A stretch of DNA of 64,000 nt, from positions 104,346,001 through 104,410,000 of the forward strand of contig OZ024743.1 of NCBI GenBank assembly GCA_964016885.1, written 5' to 3'. Both the position numbers and the translations under genes were made by a program. The notes below the pieces were generated by a model, which did no database searches, was not told where the DNA came from, and worked only from the letters and a program-made list of their open reading frames with translations. The DNA comes from Eledone cirrhosa. Lineage: Eukaryota. Positions 25,601-39,213 of the stretch are shown here, piece after piece; position 1 is the first letter of the stretch, and every line of letters begins with the position of its first letter.

Positions 25601-26941
25601 CATGTATGATGATGATCAGCATCGTTGTTTAACATCTGTTTTCCTTGATAGCAAGTGTTGAACATGTTGTCAGTACTCAAGTGGAGCCTCTGACATCCAT
25701 GTAGGCTGGGGTCCTGACATACAATTCCATACCCCAACATTAGGGAAGTTATGTCTTTGACACAGCTAGAGAATCTTTCCAACTCTTAGTTTGGCAGATT
25801 TTCTACAGCTGGAAGTCCTTCCAAGGTACTGGGTATGCTTATCATCTAGATTACCAACACTAGAGAGGCTATTGTGCTCCTTGGCACAACTGAAGTGTCC
25901 TCTCAATCTTTTTGACATGGTTTGTACAGCTAGATGCTCTTCCTACTGCCAACCACCTTACAAAGTGTACTGGGTACATTTATCATAGCACTGGTACCAT
26001 CACTGAGAGGTTGTCATCATAGATTCAACTGAAGAGTCCTACCTTACTTGTATACTCCCTTTTGGGGTTGGTTTCTACAGCTGGATGTTCTTCCTAATAC
26101 CAACCACTTTACAGCATGCACTGGGAACATGTTATTATGACATTATAGGGTAGACTGGGTGCTTTTTTTCTTGGTGCCAGCACTACCACTTTACAATATA
26201 AACATACATTCATACATACATACATACACACACACACACATATATATATATATATCCTACACTGTAAATATGGTTGGTGTTAGGAAAAGGTATCCAGCAG
26301 CCATAAAAAACCCAGCCAAAACATTGGCCAGACCCTCCCATAATGAGATCACCCAGTTCCACAGTTGGTGTTAGGAAGGGCATCCAGTTGTAAAAAGCCA
26401 GCTAAAATACAGTTCTGTTTGAGCAAAGTATGGTGCAGAAAACTGGCCAGACTTGTCTCACAACCCATCTAACCCTTGCAAGCAGGGAAAATAATATGTT
26501 AAATGATGATAATGATAATGATGATATATATCATCGTTTTCACTTCCATTTTCCAATGTTGGCAAGTGTTGAACAAAATGTTTTGTTCAATGTTTTACAA
26601 CCAGAAGCCCTTCAAGACTCCAACCCTTTTAGTTGCCTCTTTCAACATGCATGGATATTGTGCACCAATTCTAAAAACCAGATACATACAGCATACATAT
26701 TTATATATATATATATATATATATAAAGAATTAGTATATCTAGTAACATATATATACACAGATGCATACTTATGCTAGCAAATATATAGGTTTTGTCTTA
26801 GTAACTTTGTGGTTCAATGCATGGGGATGCAGAACAATAATATGAGAGACGTAAAATAAGAAAATTATAAAATTAACTTACTTACTAAAATTTTAGTAAG
26901 TAAGTTAATTTTATAATTTTCTTATTTTATGTCTCTCATAT

Positions 26942-26978
<37 letters not shown>

Positions 26979-27616
26979 TGTATGCATATGTGTGTCTATT
27001 TGGACACCCTGTGGGATGAAATACAAGACCTTGCAAAGGGTGGAAGAACTCAGCAGAGTCAATGGCCATCCAAATAGTACCTGTTTATTTTGGGGTCTGG
27101 GAGTGAAAGGCCCCCAGTTGTTGTACCAACACCTTTCTAGGAGAGAGAAAAACTGAAAAAAAAAAACCTGTGGCTTCGGAAGCATCCAATGATGTTGACA
27201 AGTTCTCCTTTTCGGGTAGTGTTTTTGATGCTCAGAGAGTGGGATTGGTCGAGTGCAAGGTCTTTCCCCACTTAAAAAACCTTCAAAGCACAGGCATTGC
27301 TTGTTCAGGATATGTTACAGGTTTGTGTGGCTGGCATTAGCCTAAAAGTGCACCAAACTCTATAATCTGACAAGCGATTGCAATACTCTTAGCAGAGTTT
27401 GCAGCCATCATATGTGTGTATGTGTATTATGTACAAGTACATCAAAACATACACCCACATATATGCACACATTAAGTTACTTTCTCATAATTACAATTCC
27501 ATAGAACTGTCTTGACTTAAACAAAGAAGTCTTGTCACTTTGTTGGTGACTGAGTTGAATGCTATGAACCAAAATATAACTCCAAGACATCTACATGTAC
27601 ACACATACATATACAT

Positions 27617-27656
<40 letters not shown>

Positions 27657-28239
27657 TTCTTCTAAGTTGTTTCTCTACTTTCAGTGTACTATTAATTGAT
27701 ACAATGTGTGTATTGAGTCGACAAGAGAGCCTATAGATAGTTGCTTAACTGGTAGAAATGGCTGTCAAATCTCTCTTAAACTACACATAGTCTTAACCAT
27801 TTTCATACCAATCAGCCCCAATCCACATCTGGTTTTATGAAGCAAAACCATCCATTTTAAAGGGTTCCTATTTAAATTAAAATCTTCCAACAAAATGTCA
27901 TATAATAACCACATGTTAAGTTACTATTTTAAAAACAAAGCAAATAATAATATTAGTCACTCCCTCAAAATTTTTTATCAATTAATTAAAATAGTGTGTA
28001 TTTGATTTGAGTTAAAAATAAGAAACAACACATTAGGAAATGTAAACCTACATGCTCTTAAAAAGACGTGATAGTCATGGCTGGAATGTCTTTGATCATA
28101 GAAATGTTCAATTAAGGTTGTCCTGAAGCTAAACAAATACAACATATGGATGTGTGTATATATGTATCTATGTATGCATGGTCCTGTAACTCCTGAATGA
28201 GTGGTATGAGCACCATATTGACATTGACATACAGAGTTT

Positions 28240-28515
28240 CTAGGACATTTTTAACCTGGCAGAGCCTATCTCCTCTCTAGGTCTGAAAACAGCAGATTTC
28301 TTCCAGAGAATGATAGAAAGTGATAGAAAGGAAGTGAGAAAGAGATATAGAGGAAGAATTAACCCGAGTATTAGGCTAGTACTTTTTTTATCAACCTCAA
28401 ATGGATGAAAGGCAAAGTTGACCTCCGTGGGATTTGAACTCAAAGAACAAAGAGCCAAAACAAATACGGCAAAGCATTCTATCCGGCATTCTAATAGCCC
28501 TACCAATTCATCACC
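28240..28515 (-). mobile_element. Meta-type SINE variant; close match to 12575-12840
   Basis: The ORF-track translations of the two loci are near-identical. Confidence 0.75.
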
Positions 28516-29630
28516 TGTATCTATTTATATATGTATGAATATATGCATCTATATATATATATGTGTGTGTGTGTGAGTATGTGTACCCAAACTACAGCTC
28601 TGATGTGGGCAGAATACAGTGTGGCCAAAGGGCCACCCAGTTCTACACTGTAAAAACCCAGCCAACACAGTCTCATTTTCTGCAAGTTATGGTGCAGCCA
28701 CCAGGCAAAACCTGTCTCATATCAGGACCACTCAGTTCCAAACTGTAAACATAGTTGGTGTTAGGAATGGCATCCACCCATAAAAATCTCATCCAAAATA
28801 CAGTGAAGTTTGAACAAGGTTGACACTGCTAACTGACCAGACTTGTCTCATAACGATGTCACCTAGTTCCACACAGTAAACATGGTTGGTGGTAGGAAGA
28901 GAATCTAGTAGCCATAAAAACCAGCCCAAATGATCAAGGCGTGGCACAGCTAACTGGCCAGACCAAAATGGGACCACACAGATCCCAAAATACAGTACTA
29001 GTCTCAATATGTGCAAGGTATGGACCAGCCATCTGGCTTGACTTGGCTCATAACATGACCACCCAGTAACATGTCTCCACTATGAGTATAGCTTGGTGCA
29101 GCCAACTGGCCTGACCTCCCTCATGATTGGACCACCCAGCTCCCAAATAATGGTTCTGATGTGAACAGTGTACGACACGGCAACTGGCCAGACCCTCTTC
29201 ATAACAGTGCCACCAATGGGTCAACTATGATTAAGGCTTGGTGAGGCCAACTGGCAAGATCTCCCTCATAACGGGACCACCCAGCTCCCAAACTATGGTT
29301 CTGATATGAGCAGGGTATAGTGCAGCCAACTGGCCAAACTCTCCTCATAACAGTACCATCCAGTTCCACACTGTAAATGTGGTTGGGGTTAGGAAGTGTA
29401 TCCAGCTGTAAAAATCTCAGCCAAAATACAGTTCTGTCTGAGCAAGATACAGTGTGTGACCAGCTGGCCAGACTTGTTTCATGATGTGGCCAACCCATTT
29501 AACCCATGCAAGTATGGAAAAATAGACATTAAATGGTGATGATGATATCATATATATAATATATAGTAGCCGTATATAAGTAGTAACTATATGGTTGTAT
29601 ATGTCATCTTGTTTACATATATATATATAT

Positions 29631-30210
29631 AAGGATTGGTGCTGTAAAATAGCGATGCATACATGAATGTATGTATAGTATATTTGGCAATATACTGTAT
29701 GTTTAATTAAAAACATTTAGAAGACCATACGCTATCAGTTTTAAAGTAGTGACTATGTCACTTACTTCTTTTCAGCGAAAGAAGGGAGAGAAGCTGACAG
29801 TCTGGTTGGTGTTCATCAGAGCCACGTACTCCTCTGCTTTCGCCAAAAATTATAGAAGCTGGATTCTTATAGAATTCCAGTAAATATACTATACATACAT
29901 TCATGTATACATCGCTATTTCAGAGCACCAATCCTAATACCTAATGTTTGTTGGACTGGCAATCGCTCTGTATAATCAACTCCTGATTATTGCTGGAATT
30001 CTATAAGAATCCAGTTTCTATAATTTTCGGCGAAAGCTGGTGAGTACGTGGCTCTGATGAACACCAACCAGCGTGAAACAGACTGTCAGCTTCTCTCCCT
30101 TCTTTCGCCGAAAAAAAGTGACATAGTCACTACTTTAAAACTGATAACATATGGTCTTCTAAATGTTTTAATTAAACATACAGTATATTGCCAAATATAC
30201 TATACATACA

Positions 30211-30216
<6 letters not shown>
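29631..30216. mobile_element. Inverted pair of Penelope-type pseudo-LTR segments (~220-bp arms) between (TA)n tracts
   Basis: 29662-29880 is the reverse complement of 29993-30216; contains a hammerhead motif. Confidence 0.7.
30050..30091 (+). ncRNA. Minimal type I hammerhead ribozyme
   Basis: ggct-CTGATGA-acac caacca gcgt-GAAA-caga ct-GTC-agct: intact core, GUC cleavage triplet (C30087), short stems I-III. Confidence 0.7.
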
Positions 30217-30245
<29 letters not shown>

Positions 30246-30389
30246 CAAAAGATTAATATGGTTCATTGATTACTCAATGAATACAATTTTACAATAGATT
30301 AAAAGCACTCAACAGAAGTTTTCCTGGAGTTTTTAATATTATTCAAAATATTAACAAATGAAAGATATTCACATAATAAAAATATATGC

Positions 30390-30453
30390 TTTATTATATA
30401 TATTTCAAAGGTACTGTGTTGTTTTTTTTTCCAGTACGTCTTCATCAGATAAA
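30390..30453 (-). ncRNA. Minimal type I hammerhead ribozyme with palindromic (TA)n stem III
   Basis: tttat-CTGATGA-agacgtactg...cagtaccttt-GAAA-tatatata-ataaa. Confidence 0.65.
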
Positions 30454-31101
30454 ATAAATGATTTGTATATGTATATGAATTGATTATATAGGTGTGTGTA
30501 TGTATGTTTGTGAGTGTTTATTTAGCTGTGTATGTGTGTTTCGGCATATGTGTGTTTATATATACATATATCATGCATTGAGTACTACCCTGATTTGTGG
30601 TATTCTTGATCTTTGCACTGTGGACATTCTATATATATGTGTGTGTGTGTTTTACATCCATATATGGGATAAAATATATAGCATCTATGAAGTGCAGTGT
30701 TCAGTAAATGAATTCATATTTAATGAATAAAACATACATATATGTTTAAAAGACATTTAATCTTTCTGTAGAATAATACTGGTGTGTATTATCTCATTCA
30801 TCATCATCATCATTATATCACCATTCAACAACCATTTTTCCATGCTAGCATAGTTTAGACAAGTTGTCCTATTGTGAGACAAGTCAGATTAGGTAACCTT
30901 GTCTTGCTCAAACAGAACTGATTTGGGCTTGGTTTCTAAGGCTGGATGTCTTTCCTAACACCAACCACATTTACAATGTGTACTGGGTACCTTTTGTTAT
31001 GACACCTACACAACCACTTTATAGTCTGGGCTGAACACCTTTTGTTGTGTCACCAATACGACCACTTTGTAGTGTACATGACCACTTTATGGTGTGGACT
31101 C

Positions 31102-31138
<37 letters not shown>

Positions 31139-31169
31139 GTTAAACGATGATGATGATGATGATGATGAT

Positions 31170-32835
31170 ATATAATCTATTTTCCACACTAGCATGGGTT
31201 AGATGAGTTGTCATATTAAGAGATAAGTCAGGTCAGGAGACGACGTCTTGCTCATACGAATCTGTATTTTTGCTTGGTTTCTATAGCTGGATGCCCTTCC
31301 TGCTGTTAACCACTTTACAGTGTGGACTGGGTGATTTTTATCATGACACCAAAATCACTGACTAACAGAGTGGACTGGGTGCTTTTTGTCATGTTCTCAA
31401 CATGACCACCTTACAGGATAGACTGGGTGCTTTTGTTGTTGTGGCACTGAATCAGCATACAGAATGGACTGTGCTTTTTGTCATGGCAACAGCAATGTGG
31501 GGGATCAGATGTAGAGCATATTCAGTTTTCATGCTTGCATGCATGGGTTGGGAAGGAGAGATGTATCAGGGCTGAGGGTTTGGAGGAGGAACAAGTAAGC
31601 AAGTTCAATAAGTATGAGGTGCATGGGATAATTAGACTGAAGTGATAATTTTGGTGCTATGATGTCAGCTTTTAACACTTCGTCCGAAGCTTCTCTAGGT
31701 CTTCCTTTTCCATAGTTCCCATTGACATTGAGCACCCTGCACCTTTTTTTATACAGCTATTATCCTCCATATGCATCACATGTTGATACCACTGTAATCT
31801 TCTCTGCTGTACACTGCATCTGGCTCCTTTTATGCCCAGTTTCTTTCCCAGATCATTGGTGCTTGGCTGTTCATGCACACTACTATTACACATTCATTGG
31901 TGCATGCAAGCTTCATTTCTTTCAAATAGAAAAGGTCCTGTGTATAGGTCCTCACACACAATGCCCAGGTCTCACTTACATGCAACATTGCTGTTCATAC
32001 ACAAGTGTCATACAATCTGTCTTAAAACTTTTATAGCTAGCAGAGATAGTAGCTCTCTGAACTTTTTCTATTCCATTCTCACTCTGGCTACTGTACTTCC
32101 AGAACATTTACCATCATTGCTAATTTGGTCACCCAGGTAACAGAAACTATCAACTATTTCTACAGAGCCCTCTGAGCATTTAAAGGGGCTTGTTTCCTGA
32201 GGGTTCTTGCTGCTTATTGCTCTTGTGCATAAACCACATATAAAACCTACATTCTTTGCTAGCCTACCTGAGATACCAGTACATCTCTTTTATACCCATA
32301 GTTTGCATTTGGGACATAGGATGGAATTACTACCCCCCCCCCCTTTCCTGCAAATTGAGCAAGACCATTTCCTTGGAGGGATCTGGGCCTTGTTTTCCTT
32401 TCTACTTACTAGAACCTTAGTCTTTGCCAAGTTGACTTTAAAACTTTTTGCTTCTAAGCTATGCTACCAAGTTTGGAATGTCTTCTCTAATTCTGCCATA
32501 GATTCAGCTATAAGGGTTAGATCATTGGCATATAGAAATTCCTATGGACAGCAAGTCTTAAACATTTTCGGTATAGCCTAGAGGGTGGGCTAAGAACAGA
32601 GCCCTGGTGAATGCCTAGTTGCATGCTAAATTCGTCACTGTAATCATTGTTAATTCTAATCTTGCTGACTGTTTTTCTCTTCATAGCTTGTACTGCCTTC
32701 ACAAATCACTCATCTACTCCTAGTTTTCTAAGAGCCCACAAGATTATGGATTGGGGGATTCTGTCAAATGTTTCCCCAAGTCAACAAATACCTAGTAGAG
32801 AAGCTTACTTTTAGCTAGGTACTTTTTTTGCAGTT
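31170..32835 (-). mobile_element. Degenerate RTE LINE (RT to 3'UTR), older relative of the 59-62 kb element
   Basis: KVRINN.YS.EFS..GIHQGSVLSP, RRLQWY.HVM and GRPR motifs with many frameshifts; retains the Cys-rich insert at ~32230-32370. Confidence 0.9.
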
Positions 32836-35800
32836 ACACACAATATGGGTTTGAAAGGACTCTTCAGTCTGGTTAAGCATGTGACAAGCTCTCATGTGTT
32901 GCTACCACAATAAAATGCACCCAGTCTACTCTGTAAAGTGGTTGTGTAGGTGTGATGAAAACACATGAAGCACACTCTGTAAGGTGGTTGGTATTGGGTA
33001 GAGCATAAAGTCATTAAAACCATACCAAATATAGAACGTTTGAACAAAATAAGTTCACCCTGACCAGTCAGATCATGGACTCTGACAACCTTCCCAACCC
33101 ATGCCAGCATGGAAAGTGATGATGATGATCCTTTCATTAGTAGTATATATATACTTATATATATGCATGCATATAGGCCACCTCCATGATTCTATGCTTC
33201 CTCTCCCACAGTACTCTGTCCTTGTCCTTACTCCCATCAATACCTCCCCAGTGATGCTGCAATGATAAGAAGCTCCCTGCCCACTCTCAAAAGCGATAGT
33301 GTTGGTGCTATGATATAAAGCACCTTGCCCACTCATGAAAGCAATAATGTTGGTGCTACAATGAAAAACACCCTGCCCACTCATGAAAGCGATATTGTTT
33401 AGGCTATGATGAAAAATACCCAATCCCTTCTGTAAGGTGGTAGTGCTAGAGTCATGAAAAAATGCTCCCAGTACACACTGTAAAGTGATTGGTGTTAGGA
33501 AGGGCTTCCAAAAACAGAGCATACAAGTAAGATCTGGTCACCCCATCGGCCAAGCCTCAGTATGTGACAACCTGTTTAACCCTTGCAAGTATGGAATATA
33601 GATGTTAAATGGGGATGATGATGATGATGATGATGATTACACACACATATATATATATATATATATCATCATCACCGTTTTATATCCATTTTTCCAATCT
33701 AGCATGGGTTAAATGAATTGTCCTGTTGTGGGCAATGCCAGGTCAGGGGACCATGTCTTGCTCATACAGAACTGATTTTGGCTTGGTTTCTACAGCTGGA
33801 TGCCTTTCCTAATGCTGCCCACATTTAGGCAGAGTACTGGGTGCTTTTTGTTGTGACACCTACATGGGCACTTTACAGTGTGGGCTGGGTACTTTTTGCC
33901 ATGTCACCATCACGACCACTTCACAGCGTGGGCTGGAGGTTTCACTAGATGTATACTTCAGTCTGTTCTCATGGGAGATGTATGGGAGGCTCGGGTGTGG
34001 TGGTGGTGGTGGGGGGGGGGGGGGGCTACTAGATATAGGCTTTAGCTTCAGCCTGTGCCCATGGGAAGGCAGGTCAAAGTACAAACAAACTTCCTTTTTG
34101 TAAGGATATAGATAGATAGATATAAATTTTATTTAGTGTTATTAGCAGTCAACGTACAAACTTCCTCTTTATAATGGTATAGATGTGGATGAAATTAATC
34201 ATATATGATTGACAGGTGGTGCTTTTAAGTTAAACATGGCCTGGGACAATATTGACCAAAATAAATATATTTATCCAATAGCTTTAGTCATTTATGAAAG
34301 GGAGATAAACATATAATTGAGGGGTTAGTAGGACTCTTCCATCTGGCCAAACATGTGACAATCTGATACCATGATAAAATGCATTGGGTCACTCTCACTC
34401 GGTAAAGTGGTAAAGGTAGTACCATGATTAGTACACACTGTAAGGTGGTTGGCATTAAGAAGGGCATTTAGCCATAGAAACCTTGCCAAATATGGAGTGT
34501 CTAAGCAAGATGAGATCACCACATCCTCAATCTATGACAATATATATCAATGTTCATCATCAACTGTTTAATGTCTATTTTCCATGCTTGCATGGTATAG
34601 AAGGGTTCTCATGTCATGAGGTAACCAGGTCAGGTGACCACATCATGCTCTTACAGATTTGTATTTGGCTTGCTTTTCTATAGCTGGATGCCCTTCCTAA
34701 TGCTAACGACATTACAATGTGTACTAGGAGCTTTTTTCATGGAACTACCACTTTACAGAGTGGACTTAGTGTTTTTTATTGTGGCCACAATATGACCTCC
34801 TTACAGGGTGGATGGGTGTTTTTTTATAATGTATGTGTATGTGCATATGCACATGTGTATGCAAATGACTGTGTGTGTATACTGATGTGTATTTGTGTAT
34901 CACTAGTTAGTGAGATTTTTAATAACAGCAGTAAAATTAATTATATCAGCAACCGTATACATCTGCAACCGTATATTTTTGTGTGTATACATGTGTGTAT
35001 ATATGAACATATATATGTTTGTGTGTTTATAAGCATGTGTGTGTGTGCGTGAGAGTATGTGTGAGAGTGTATGTGTGTGTGAGCATGCATATGGGAGTGT
35101 ATGCATGTGTGGCTGTGTATATATACATGATTATCTATGCATATGTATGTGTGTACATGATTATATATGTATATACATGTGTGTGTTTATATGTGCGTTT
35201 ATGTGTCTGTAAGTGTGCCAGATGTTTAGTAACTAAAACACTAAGATTTCATCAGCTGATCACTCTAAAGATATGTGCGTGTGTGAATGAGTGTATATTT
35301 ATTTGTGTGTGTGTCTGTGTATCTATGTATGTGATTGTGTGTGTTTGTGTACTTATGTATGTTTCTGTGTATGTGTTTGTACATATCTGTGTATGTGCTT
35401 CTGTCTATCTGTACATGTATTTGTGTGTTTATGTATCTGTGTAAGTGTATGTGTGTCTGTGTATGTGAAAATATATCAGATGACAGTTAAGAGCAATATG
35501 TTTCATTTCAGGGTTGTTGAGGAAATCCAGCTATTTTACTCAGACCTTCATATTAACCCTTTCATTGCCATATTTATAATAAAATATGATATATTTCAAT
35601 TAATTAATGTATAACCTAGTTTTTAGAATAGATACACTGTATCTCTGTATATCAGAAGAGGTGGCTAAAAGACTTGGTGTCAGAGGAACGGCATGTGGCT
35701 ATATAACATTATCTCAAAACATTTCATATAACCTATGTCATCCGGAAGGGCATCCCTCCAGCTGTAAAATATCTCAAAACATTCCATACAACCCCTGTCA

Positions 35801-36087
35801 TGAGGAAGGGCATCTATCCAGTGATAAAACTTTGTCTCAAAACATCTCATACAATGTTTGTCAGCACGGAAAAGAGAATATAAAAACAATAATGATGACG
35901 ATGATGATAATGATGGTAAATGAACATTTTTGAAAAGATTTACTAAAATCTGGGCAGAACTGATGAGAGTGGAACTGAAAAAGCTGAACCTCAGAGGAAA
36001 TGAGGAAGGAAGGCAATGAGTGAAGAGGAAACACACATTCAACCCATGCAACCATAGAGAAACAGATGTAAAAAGGATGATGCTTTC

Positions 36088-36663
36088 ATTGGCAGAATTA
36101 GTAGAGCATTAGATGAAATGCTATGCAGCATTTCGTTATGGCCCTTTACATTCTGAGTTCAAATCCCACCGAGGTTAATGTTGCCTTTCATCCTTCCAGC
36201 GTTGATATAATCAACTTTCTCCTGCCTTAAATTTGCTGGCCTTGTTCCTAAATTAGATCATTATTAAGATGGGGATTGGCAGTACCGGTAGAGGGTCGGA
36301 CACCATGCTTTGCAGCATAGAGTTACGGCTCTTTACGGACTGAGTTCAAATCCCGCCGAGGTTAACTTTGCCTTACCAGGTTGATAAAATAAAGTACCAG
36401 TCTCGCACTGGGGTCGATTTAATTGACTTTCCCCCTCCCCAAAAATTGCTGGCCTTGTGCCTATATAAGAAACCATTATTAAGATGGGGATTGGCAGTAT
36501 CGGTAGAGGGTCGGACGCCATGCTTTCAAGCATAGTTACGTCCCTTTATGGTCTGAGTTCAAATCCCGCCGAGGTTAACTTTACCTTTCATCCTTACGGG
36601 TCGATAAACCAGTAATGCACAGGTTAATTGCTGGCCTTGTGCCCAAAGTAGAAACAATTATTA
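36088..36663 (+). mobile_element. Head-to-tail trimer of Meta-type SINEs
   Basis: Three consecutive copies separated by attattaagatgggg. Confidence 0.85.
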
Positions 36664-36979
36664 AGATGGCATTTGTAACATGACTTAACAAAATATTTTC
36701 ATATTAGAATATACTGGGAGATTTTTATTTTCAAAAATTTTAAATGGTTGGTCTTGTTTCAAGGAAAGAGAAGCAGTTTTGTCTGGGTTGGTATCAAAAG
36801 GGTGAAGTAATCATTAGCCTTAACTCTATTTCTGCCCACCCCCAGCATACACACACACACCACTACCACATCGTTGCCAGAGCAGCAGTCATGCCACCAC
36901 CTTCATCATCAGTATTATCTTCCTCAAAGGAGTCTTAGATAATGATTGCAAGAAGGGATTAACTCTTTTTTTTTATAAT

Positions 36980-37360
36980 AGGAGGGAGAGAGCACCAGAA
37001 GGTAGTTCTCTATGTTCCTCTTCACACACAGGAGGGAGGCAGCACCAGAAGGTAGTTCTCTATGTTCCTCTTCACACACAGGAGGGAGGCAGCACCAGAA
37101 GGTAGTTCTCTATGTTCCTCTTCACACACAGGAGGGAGGCAGCACCAGAAGGTAGAACTCTATGTTCCTCTTCACACACAGGAGGGAGGCAGCACCAGAA
37201 GGTAGTTCTCTAATGTTCCTCTTCACACACAGGAGGGAGAGAGAGCACCAGAGGTAGTTCTCTATGTTCCTCTTCACACACAGGAGGGAGGGAGCACCAG
37301 AAGGTAGTTCTCTGCTGCTCTTCAGACAGGAGGGAGGTAGCAACAGAAGGTAGTTTTCTA
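36980..37360. repeat. 50-bp minisatellite, ~7.5 copies
   Basis: ggagggaggcagcaccagaaggtagttctctatgttcctcttcacacaca at 37031, 37081, 37131 and 37181. Confidence 0.95.
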
Positions 37361-37679
37361 TGCACTTCATACTCCTACCACCTCAAATATCATTACCACC
37401 TGTTACTCTAACTACCATCCTTATTTTTATTTTACTGATACATCACAGACAAACTGACTTACCTACTTACTTAACTACTCACTTCCCTACCTACCAAACC
37501 ACATACCTATCTACTTACCTACCTACTTCACCATCTACCTACTTACCTACCTCCCTACCTACCTACCTTCCTACTTACCTACCAACCTACCTACCTTCTT
37601 AACCACCTCTCACCAAGTATATACAGCACCCAGCCACATATAGCAAATTAGCAAATATACACCTACAGGTATACTCAAC

Positions 37680-37721
<42 letters not shown>

Positions 37722-38134
37722 TTTTAACCACACCTCAACATCTAGTTACACAGAAGCCAGCCACGTATAGCAAATATACATTTGCAGGTAAACTCAACTA
37801 TAATATATATACACTTCCAACCATACATCAACTTCGTTATACACCAGTGAAAACCATACAATGTGTGTAATAGGCCCAGACCAGATGGAAAATGTAGGTA
37901 TGTAGGTTCCAATTTAAACTGTATAGTATTTTCATAATTAGTCCTAAGTACATATAATTTATGTATAATTTATGGTTGTATATCCCAGGGTTTTTTGAAT
38001 AGGTACACCACATTCCTGCTTGCTAAAAGGATTGGCATCAAGAAGAGCATCTGGTTGTTTCATCAATTCCATGCCAGCATAGAAAAGTGGATGTAAAGAT
38101 AATGATGACATCTTCATATTATACTCCCAATATC

Positions 38135-38421
38135 TTAAAACTTTTAATACCAAGCAGCCTGAAACTGCTCCTGGTTTAATGATACAAAACTACCTTCCTA
38201 CTTTCCTACAAAATTTTTGAAGTGTTTATATTCATCTAAAATCCTATCATAATTTTATGTAAGAAACATTATTAAGTTATGCTCAAAACAGAAGCTTATG
38301 AATAAGAAAGTCAGTTATGTTACTAAATCCTTCCAAATTCTTGTTATTTTCAAAATTATTTAAAAATCATAAGCATATGATTTTTGTTACCATATCAGAA
38401 ATATGGTAACCAAAATCTTAA
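38135..38421 (+). mobile_element. Diverged TTAA-flanked (piggyBac-like) MITE; relatives at 5850-6762, 27815-28020 and 36660-36810
   Basis: ttaa-aacttttaatacc ... ggtaaccaaaatc-ttaa; internal match to 6105-6180 and 6690-6760. Confidence 0.55.
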
Positions 38422-38439
38422 TGCAGTATGGATACAAGA

Positions 38440-38632
38440 TAATTGTTTCTACTTTTGGCACAAGGCCAGCAATTATTCCAATGCATTACTGGTACTTTAT
38501 TTTATCGACCCCTAAGGATGAAAGGCAAAGTTAACCTCGGCAGGATTTGAACTCAGACCGTAAAGAGATGTAACTCTATGCTGGAAAACATGGCATCCGA
38601 CCCTCTACCGATACTGCCAATTCACCACCCTG
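38440..38632 (-). mobile_element. Meta-type SINE
   Basis: Family core sequence. Confidence 0.85.
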
Positions 38633-39009
38633 AAGTTTTTGTTGCACCAAATAAAAGACAGGATGATCACTGATAGCATACCTTTGATTATAAGTCTGCT
38701 TGATCAGGGTTGACCTGGCACCAAACATCAACAAGTACGATGTGTAATACTACTATCACGATCACCAGGTACTGTCCACTCTGTGTAGGTTAAATCTTAA
38801 CATCCTGTAATGATTTAGCAGAAATGATCTAAAAATGGGCTTTGTTAATTCAAATGTTTGTAGTATCTTCACTAGAGAACAAATTGTTGTAAGAAATTGT
38901 AATATTAGATTAAATACATCCATTTTTAATGTGTTGCAGTCATATTGCTGTTTTGTACTTTACAAAGAATGACTTTGCCAGTGCATTTTCATGTGGTATA
39001 GGACATTAA

Positions 39010-39213
39010 CCCTTTAGCATTTAAACCGGCCATATCTGGTCAGAATTCTCTCACCCTATTCCGATGATCAAACAGCCTGTAACTGACCACTCCTACTGAT
39101 GTTAAGGTATTGTTTTCAAAATAAATTTGATATTATGTGAGATAATTATGTGAGATAAAGCCTTTACCATGAAAATATAATAGTAAATATTGAGTAATGT
39201 AAATGCTAAAGAG
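39010..39213. mobile_element. piggyBac-like MITE (~200 bp)
   Basis: TTAA-CCCTTTAGCATTT ... AAATGCTAAAGAG-TTA; matches 58276-58477. Confidence 0.8.

Noticed and set aside
35945-36010. CTGATGA...GAAA as a hammerhead
   Set aside because: No stems; the sequence is a decayed RTE C-terminus (IWAELMRVELKKLNL)
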